A stretch of 4,110 bases of DNA from Escherichia coli (GTDB taxonomy: Bacteria; Pseudomonadota; Gammaproteobacteria; Enterobacterales; Enterobacteriaceae). The DNA lies in assembly GCF_013315695.1 (NCBI RefSeq), contig NZ_CP054359.1. One strand, 5' to 3'. Shown here piece by piece: positions 1 through 4,110 of the stretch (positions are counted from its first letter, which is position 1; each line of letters opens with the position of its first letter). A program made the translations under genes and the position numbers. The notes below the pieces were generated by a model. The model was not told where the DNA came from and searched no databases. It was given only the letters and a program-made list of their open reading frames with translations.

Positions 1-59
1 CAGGGCACTTACGCGCCGATGCTCAGTTGGTGATAGCCGTTCAACCCGCATGAATACTG

Positions 60-71
60 GTTTTCCACAGG
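60..71 (+). promoter_or_regulatory. DnaA-box-containing 12-bp repeat, copy 1 (GTTTTCCACAGG)
   Basis: TTTTCCACA at 61-69 fits the relaxed DnaA box consensus TTWTNCACA. The same 12-mer recurs at 156-167 and a near copy (GTTATCCACAG) at 352-362. Confidence 0.5.
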
Positions 72-155
72 GTTGAACAGCGTTTTGCCAGTGTCTGCTG
101 TTCTGCTTTTTTGTAACTTGCTGTTTTTCATGGGTTTTTGTTTTGCGCACCCCGA

Positions 156-167
156 GTTTTCCACAGG
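156..167 (+). promoter_or_regulatory. DnaA-box-containing 12-bp repeat, copy 2 (GTTTTCCACAGG)
   Basis: Exact direct repeat of 60-71, 96 bp downstream; contains TTTTCCACA at 157-165. Confidence 0.5.
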
Positions 168-184
168 CTCGCCGTTAAGTTTTT

Positions 185-226
185 AGATCTTGTTTTTAAG
201 ATCTTGTTTTTAATACTTGTTTTCGG
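185..226 (+). repeat. 14-bp tandem direct repeats AGATCTTGTTTTTA (two exact copies plus a degenerate third), AT-rich, each exact copy carrying a GATC site; candidate DNA-unwinding element of oriV
   Basis: Exact copies at 185-198 and 199-212, degenerate copy ATACTTGTTTTCGG at 213-226. GATC at 186-189 and 200-203. Lies in a T-rich stretch just upstream of the iterons. Confidence 0.55.
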
Positions 227-267
227 ACCGAAATTTCTTATGGAATTCAAGGGATTAGATTGCTATA

Positions 268-350
268 GGTGAACATTTCGGGGGTAAAGGTGAACATTTC
301 GGGGGTGGTTAGGTGAACATTTCGGGGGTAAAGGTGAACATTTCGGGGGT
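268..350 (+). repeat. Iteron array of oriV: four direct repeats of GGTGAACATTTCGGGGGT
   Basis: 18-bp core exactly repeated at 268-285, 289-306, 312-329 and 333-350, with alternating spacers AAA and GGTTA (periodicity 21/23/21 bp, about two helical turns). Sits directly upstream of a Rep_3-type initiator gene. Confidence 0.9.
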
Positions 351-352
351 GG

Positions 353-361
353 TTATCCACA
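353..361 (+). promoter_or_regulatory. Consensus DnaA box TTATCCACA adjacent to the last iteron
   Basis: Exact 9-mer match to the high-affinity DnaA box consensus, 2 bp after iteron 4. Confidence 0.65.
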
Positions 362-447
362 GAAAATGGTGAATTAAAAAAAAATGATTGCACCAATTGA
401 TGGGGTGAACTAGTTTTTTTTTAGTTTACTTTAGGTGAGGGTGCTCA
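362..447 (+). promoter_or_regulatory. rep promoter/operator region with partial iteron motifs and ribosome-binding site
   Basis: Partial iteron half-sites GGTGAA (368-373) and GGTGAAC (404-410), plus an imperfect inverted copy TTGCACC (388-394). Possible -35 TTGCAC (389-394) and -10 TAGTTT (411-416), both weak. Shine-Dalgarno-like GAGG at 437-440, 7 nt before the ATG at 448. Confidence 0.4.
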
Positions 448-1149
448 ATGGTTGATTTGATAGCTTACAAATCCAATGCCTTAGTCGAAGCCAGCTACAA
501 GCTCACGTTACAGGAGCAGCGTTTCCTGTTGCTGTGCATTAGTCGATTACAGTCAGGTGTTGATGCTCCTCCACCTGAATTACAAAAGACCATGACTATT
601 ACGGCTGTGGAGTTTTTTAATTCATTTCCTGACATGGGAAGAAACCATGCCGAAGAAAAGTTACAGGAAGCGATCGATCGTCTGTGGGACAGGTCGATCA
701 TTCTTAAGGATGGTGAAAAACGCGAGGAGTTCCGTTGGATCCAGTATCGGGCGCAGTACCTGAAAGGCGAAGCAAAAGTTCAAATAACTTTCGCAGATGC
801 TGTAATGCCGTACTTAACGCAATTAAAAGGGCAATTCACAAAAGTTGTAATTAAAAACATATCTAATTTATCAAAGAGTTATAGCATCAGAATATACGAA
901 ATCCTCCAACAGTTCCGTAACACAGGGGAGCGGATGATTTCTCTAGATGATTTCCGCAGCATGCTACAACTGGAAGATAAATATAAAGATTTCAAGACGT
1001 TAAATAGAGCCCTCATAAAACCGGCAGTGGCGGAACTGAATCAAAAAAGCGATCTGGCCGTAACGGTTGAGACAATCAAGAAGGGGCGCACTGTCGTAGC
1101 CCTGCATTTTCGCTTCAAGGAAGACAAACAGATCAAGATGACGATCTAA
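448..1149 (+). CDS. repA: Iteron-binding plasmid replication initiator, Rep_3 (RepA/RepE/pi-like) family, 233 aa
   Basis: Complete ORF, ATG to TAA (1147-1149). The translation has the hallmarks I recall for Rep_3 initiators such as pPS10 RepA: an N-terminal ...SNALVEASYKLTLQEQRFLLLC... segment and a C-terminal ...YSIRIYEILQQF...ISLDDFRSMLQLEDKY...ELNQKSDL... segment. Located immediately downstream of the cognate iterons. Lower GC than the mob module. Confidence 0.85.
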   Translation: MVDLIAYKSNALVEASYKLTLQEQRFLLLCISRLQSGVDAPPPELQKTMTITAVEFFNSFPDMGRNHAEEKLQEAIDRLWDRSIILKDGEKREEFRWIQYRAQYLKGEAKVQITFADAVMPYLTQLKGQFTKVVIKNISNLSKSYSIRIYEILQQFRNTGERMISLDDFRSMLQLEDKYKDFKTLNRALIKPAVAELNQKSDLAVTVETIKKGRTVVALHFRFKEDKQIKMTI

Positions 1150-1168
1150 AATCGATTCTAAGGCATCT

Positions 1169-1194
1169 AAAACGCGCGCTGACGCGTTTTTTTT
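1169..1194 (+). terminator. Rho-independent terminator for rep
   Basis: Perfect 8-bp stem AAAACGCG (1169-1176) / CGCGTTTT (1183-1190) with a 6-nt loop, followed by a further T-run, 8 T in all across 1187-1194. Begins 20 bp after the rep stop codon. Confidence 0.6.
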
Positions 1195-1256
1195 GTGTAA
1201 GGTATGCGATGGTACTACGAATCACAAAAACATCGTCAGAATCGCTCTCACGAGCT

Positions 1257-1282
1257 AAAAAAATCCCCCATATGCGGGGGGA
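1257..1282 (-). terminator. Rho-independent terminator for mobA (minus-strand orientation)
   Basis: G/C stem CCCCC (1265-1269) / GGGGG (1276-1280), extendable to 6 bp, with an ATATGC loop. On the minus strand the hairpin is followed by a 7-T run (complement of A 1257-1263). Lies about 117 nt downstream of the mobA stop. Confidence 0.55.
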
Positions 1283-1324
1283 AGAAACTATGCGGAGATT
1301 ATCTAGTTTGTTGTGTGTGCTTAT

Positions 1325-1353
1325 TGACGTTCATCCCTGTCATGTGAACGTCA
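1325..1353. repeat. Inverted repeat TGACGTTCA / TGAACGTCA (9-bp arms, 11-bp spacer) in the mobA 3' untranslated region
   Basis: Left arm 1325-1333, right arm 1345-1353, exact reverse complements. Flanked by reiterated CATG/ACATGA motifs (1341-1369). Function unknown. Confidence 0.5.
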
Positions 1354-1398
1354 CATGAACATAACATGATGTTAAACAAAACAAAATATTGTGCACAT

Positions 1399-3558
1399 TC
1401 ACTGTGACCAACCGCGATCGTGCCTCCTCTCGGTGGCGTGTGTTCGTGCATCTTCCTCGCGCCGCCATTCGTCCCAGGTACGATTAAAACCCAGCGAGCG
1501 GAACAGATGATCCGGCTGTTTTTCTGGTGTATTGACGGCAGCAAAAAGCGGTGCCTCACGGGTTTTCAGATGAAACTCCATAAGTTCCGGTGCAGGTGAT
1601 ATGTGGCTGTCTGCATCGTGATTGACGGCAACACCATACCCTGCATACCGTAACCCCTTGTCCGTCAGCGCACTGATGACCAGATGCCTGTTATCGGCTG
1701 AGGGAACGGCAAACGCGGGATACAGCGTGCCATTAAGCCGGACAACGCCGCCCAGAGAGTCATCCACGCCCATGACCAGCAAAAGCTGAAGCTGGCGGGT
1801 TTCCCGGTCGACAGAACTCATTACCGGCATCAGCGTCGGTGGCAGACGTCCCTGCGTAAAATCCACCTTCCTTGCTGCCAGTGATGGCATGGCTGGCTGG
1901 CGGTCTTCTCCAAGACAGAAAAACTCCGGCCATGTCTTCGGCTGGCGGAGATTGCGGGTATGTTGTGGCCATGTCTGGCAAACCTGCGTCAGCAGTTGCT
2001 CAAAGGTCGCAGAGGAATAAACACGTTGCAGTGGTGGATGTTGACCGATTTCGCTTCGGTCACAGATATAACCACTCCTGTCACGCATTAAATCAACACG
2101 CTCAAAGATTCTGGTGCGGTATTTCTCCAGCTCGTTCCCCCAGAGCGTATATTCTCCGTTCCGGTTGTGAAGCAGAAGGTAACTGGTCATTTCCCCGTTA
2201 CCAGGCATGGGGGCCTCGCCATACCCCGTAACGACTGCTCTCAGTACCCCTGAATCCATAACGGCATTGTCATTTTTCCTGAGCTGCTCCGCTCGTCGCT
2301 CCGCGCGACTACGTTCTGTATCCTCCAGCTCCTTCCGGCGCAATTCCTCTTCACGTTTAAGCAACTGGGCTCTGAGAGCTGCAAGGCCGGATGCCCCCCA
2401 CTGCTGCCACTGTGTTTCAAATTCCGTCTGACTCGCGGGAATGTCCTGTTTCTCCACCTTCCGGTAATGCTGTCGCAATTTTTCCATTTGCTGGCTCAGA
2501 GACTGAATTTTTCCCTGCTCACTACGGTATTCCGGTGCAGCCCATTGCATCAGGGGAATACGGGAAAAACCGGACGAAAACGGCGATGATTTTTTCAGGC
2601 TGGCAGCATGGCTCATCGCTTCCTTTCGTTCGGTGTTCAGCTCTTCCCAGCGTCTGCGCGTCGCCTGCATATCTGTCATCATCGACATGGCATTACTGGT
2701 GAGTTTCCATGCCGCGTTACTGTCCTTCGGCAACGCTTCGATGATGTCACGTAGTGTGTACGAAGTTGCGTTGTCAGGAAGCTCAATATTCAGAAGGTCA
2801 GCCACACGGCGGGCAGGCTCTGTCAGCCCGCTGTTCCTGAGTTCGGTACGGAAAATCTGTATTTCCAGGCTAAGCCTGTTAATCAGACGATTCTGTTCGC
2901 CGCGTTCTGTTTCGATACCGCGTGTTTCCATCGCACAGGCAGACTTTCCGAGGTGAATACCAGGCGTTTTCTCAAGCCCCTGTCGCTCGTATGAACGATG
3001 GTCTATCTCTTCCTGATAACCGGCGTTCGCCAGTGCCCTGTTTGCATGGTCAGCCCATGATGCCCGCCACGTCTCGGCATGTGTCCGGTCGTTCCAGTCC
3101 CTGACCTTTCCACCGAACCCCGCAGGTCCGACAGCCCTCGTGGTCAGCATGATGTGCGCATGGGGATTTGTTTTATCCATGTGATGGAACGCCACATCAG
3201 CAATCATGCCCTGACTGACAAAGTTTTCTCTGACAAAGGCGAGAACGGTTTCCCGTGCGGCATCCTGCGGCAGTTCACGGGGGATGGCGAGTTCAATTTC
3301 CCGCGCAAGTTGTGAGTTCTTCCGACGTTCGGCCTTCTCAACGGCATTCCAGAGTTCGGTACGGTTCGTACACCAGGCAGGGGCGGTGGCGGGGGACAGA
3401 ATCACAGCCTCAGCCACACCGCTTTTGCGGGTGTAGTCGTGAGTCAGTCCGGTACGCTCATCAAGCATTAGTGAACCGGAACGATAGGCAGCAGAAGCAA
3501 CGGCGCTGTAGCCGTTGCTTCTGGAGATGATTTTCATGCTGAGATGATAAATCGCCAT
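1399..3558 (-). CDS. mobA: MOBQ-type mobilization relaxase MobA with C-terminal RepB'-like primase domain (relaxase-primase fusion), 719 aa from the conserved MAIYHL start
   Basis: The N-terminus MAIYHLSMKIISRSNGYSAVASAAY closely matches RSF1010/R1162 MobA (MAIYHLTAKTGSRSGGQSARAKADY), including the catalytic Tyr25 (codon 3484-3486). Histidine-triad metal-binding motif HHMDKTNPHAHIML and conserved WADHANRAL...IDHRS...GLE..PGIHLG are present. A central E/R/Q-rich predicted coiled-coil follows. C-terminal motifs ERVDLMRD, LLLVMGVDDSL and HLFRSLGFNRT resemble RSF1010 RepB' primase segments (ERFDIGVRD, LVLVDDLSEF, HYGRLAGFTNRK) as I recall them. Start chosen at ATG 3558 rather than the ORF-track start at 3663. 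Approximate domains: relaxase 2886..3558, linker 2181..2885, primase-like 1399..2180. Confidence 0.85.
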   Translation of the reverse strand: MAIYHLSMKIISRSNGYSAVASAAYRSGSLMLDERTGLTHDYTRKSGVAEAVILSPATAPAWCTNRTELWNAVEKAERRKNSQLAREIELAIPRELPQDAARETVLAFVRENFVSQGMIADVAFHHMDKTNPHAHIMLTTRAVGPAGFGGKVRDWNDRTHAETWRASWADHANRALANAGYQEEIDHRSYERQGLEKTPGIHLGKSACAMETRGIETERGEQNRLINRLSLEIQIFRTELRNSGLTEPARRVADLLNIELPDNATSYTLRDIIEALPKDSNAAWKLTSNAMSMMTDMQATRRRWEELNTERKEAMSHAASLKKSSPFSSGFSRIPLMQWAAPEYRSEQGKIQSLSQQMEKLRQHYRKVEKQDIPASQTEFETQWQQWGASGLAALRAQLLKREEELRRKELEDTERSRAERRAEQLRKNDNAVMDSGVLRAVVTGYGEAPMPGNGEMTSYLLLHNRNGEYTLWGNELEKYRTRIFERVDLMRDRSGYICDRSEIGQHPPLQRVYSSATFEQLLTQVCQTWPQHTRNLRQPKTWPEFFCLGEDRQPAMPSLAARKVDFTQGRLPPTLMPVMSSVDRETRQLQLLLVMGVDDSLGGVVRLNGTLYPAFAVPSADNRHLVISALTDKGLRYAGYGVAVNHDADSHISPAPELMEFHLKTREAPLFAAVNTPEKQPDHLFRSLGFNRTWDEWRREEDARTHATERRHDRGWSQ

Positions 3559-3602
3559 TTCTGCCGTAATGCCTTTTTGCAGTTTTCTTTCAGCCCCGCA
3601 GG

Positions 3603-3650
3603 GCGCACACAATCGAACCGAAGGTGAGATTGTATAAGTGCGCACTTCGT
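3603..3650 (+). other. Candidate origin of transfer (oriT), IncQ/MOBQ-like: imperfect inverted repeat with GAA loop followed by nic-core TAAGTGCGC
   Basis: Imperfect inverted repeat ACAATC-GA-ACC / GGT-GA-GATTGT (3609-3633) with a central GAA loop, followed 2 nt later by the 12-bp perfect palindrome AAGTGCGCACTT (3636-3647). TAAGTGCGC (3635-3643) matches the RSF1010 nic-region core GTAAGTGCG^CCCT. Sits between divergent mobA and mobC, on the strand antisense to mobA as in RSF1010. Predicted nic after G3642 on the + strand. Confidence 0.6.
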
Positions 3651-3699
3651 GATTTCTGCGCATTATGCCAGCTCAGTTTTTAAACTACCAGTGACGAGC

Positions 3700-3705
3700 T
3701 AAAAT
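3700..3705 (+). promoter_or_regulatory. Candidate -10 element (TAAAAT) of the mobC promoter
   Basis: 5/6 match to TATAAT, 30 bp upstream of the mobC ATG. The upstream -35 is poor (T-rich, around 3677-3682). GGAG Shine-Dalgarno at 3725-3728, 7 nt before the ATG. Confidence 0.3.
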
Positions 3706-3735
3706 GCGATTTTTCACCGCGCACGGAGTTACATC

Positions 3736-4026
3736 ATGAGCAGAACACTCGAACAGAAAATTGCCGAAGCTGAAGCCAGATTGCAGCGTCTGAAGGCAAA
3801 GAGCCGGAGCCTGGACACAGCGCAGAAGGTCGTTGTAGGTGCTGCATTGCTGGCAAAGGTCAGAAAGCCGGAGGAGGTGCAATTGCGCGCCTGGTTACTC
3901 CAGTTCCTGAAGGCAGAGGTGACACGGCAGGCTGATGTGAGCAGGATACAGCCGTTGATTGACGAACTGAACGCGTTGCCAAAACCCGTCCCCAAAGGCG
4001 TGTCAAAAAACGGCCAGCAGGCGTGA
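3736..4026 (+). CDS. mobC: Mobilization accessory protein MobC-like (relaxosome component), 96 aa
   Basis: Complete ORF, ATG to TGA (4024-4026), with a good RBS. Small protein with an N-terminal charged helix (AEAEARLQRLKAKSR) and the motif KVVVGAALLAKV, resembling RSF1010 MobC (about 94 aa, ...RKVLVGAMILAKV...). Divergent from mobA across the oriT, which is the IncQ arrangement. Confidence 0.7.
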   Translation: MSRTLEQKIAEAEARLQRLKAKSRSLDTAQKVVVGAALLAKVRKPEEVQLRAWLLQFLKAEVTRQADVSRIQPLIDELNALPKPVPKGVSKNGQQA

Positions 4027-4110
4027 ATGCACCATCCGCTCGCCGCAGCCCCAGCGACCGAGCGTTAGCGAGCGAGTGGGCGAGGAAGCGGAAAAGCTGC
4101 TGCACCAAAA

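Noticed and set aside
9-131. About 40-aa minus-strand ORF in the T-rich origin region
   Set aside because: No RBS, and it lies within repeat/DnaA-box DNA; A-rich coding on this strand is a by-product of the T-rich origin.
268-350. Possibility that the direct repeats are a CRISPR array
   Set aside because: Only four 18-bp repeats with 3-5 bp spacers at about 22-bp periodicity, immediately upstream of a Rep_3 initiator. This is the iteron signature, not CRISPR repeat-spacer architecture.
495-701. 68-aa minus-strand ORF inside rep
   Set aside because: Entirely antisense to the well-supported Rep_3 CDS, with no RBS and no recognizable features.
1204-1329. Short + strand ORF (about 41 aa, basic and Cys-rich) in the rep-mobA intergenic region
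   Set aside because: It spans both terminator hairpins, the only Shine-Dalgarno-like motif (AAGG) is 1 nt from the ATG, and it is below a credible length. More parsimoniously this is non-coding terminator DNA.
1299-1559. 86-aa minus-strand ORF overlapping the 3' end of mobA in another frame and extending into the intergenic region
   Set aside because: It overlaps the primase-like C-terminus out of frame and runs through the inverted-repeat region. The composition is unremarkable and I found no homology signal, so it is most likely spurious; a small overlapping gene cannot be fully excluded.
1760-1981. 73-aa minus-strand ORF inside mobA (alternative frame)
   Set aside because: Pro/Ala/Gly-rich low-complexity translation that is not hydrophobic, so it does not look like MobB. 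Likely a frame artefact of GC-rich sequence.
1872-3530. Series of + strand ORFs (1872..2231, 2207..2431, 2391..2702, 2633..2956, 2922..3104, 3079..3315, 3255..3530) antisense to mobA
   Set aside because: They tile in shifting frames across a GC-rich gene with a strongly supported homology-based call on the opposite strand. Their translations are low-complexity (S/R/P/A-rich) with no recognizable motifs or RBSs, typical of antisense shadow ORFs.
3685-4108. Minus-strand ORFs 3685..3882, 3729..3995 and 3860..4108, antisense to mobC
   Set aside because: All overlap the mobC CDS on the opposite strand. mobC has a good RBS, appropriate size and the expected context, and the antisense ORFs have none of these.

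Overview
This window reads as a small mobilizable plasmid backbone, and I found no recognizable defence, toxin or other cargo system in it. It contains an iteron-type replication origin (DnaA boxes, 14-bp tandem repeats, four ~22-bp-spaced iterons) followed by a Rep_3-family initiator gene (448..1149 +). Convergent to it is an IncQ/RSF1010-like mobilization module: a MobA relaxase with a C-terminal RepB'-like primase domain (1399..3558 -), a candidate oriT, and a divergent mobC (3736..4026 +). The most notable points are the modular pairing of a theta-type iteron replicon with a relaxase-primase fusion, a perfectly palindromic nic-core at the putative oriT, and structured DNA in the mobA 3' region. 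All homology statements are from reading the translations and recalling family hallmarks; none was confirmed by a database search.
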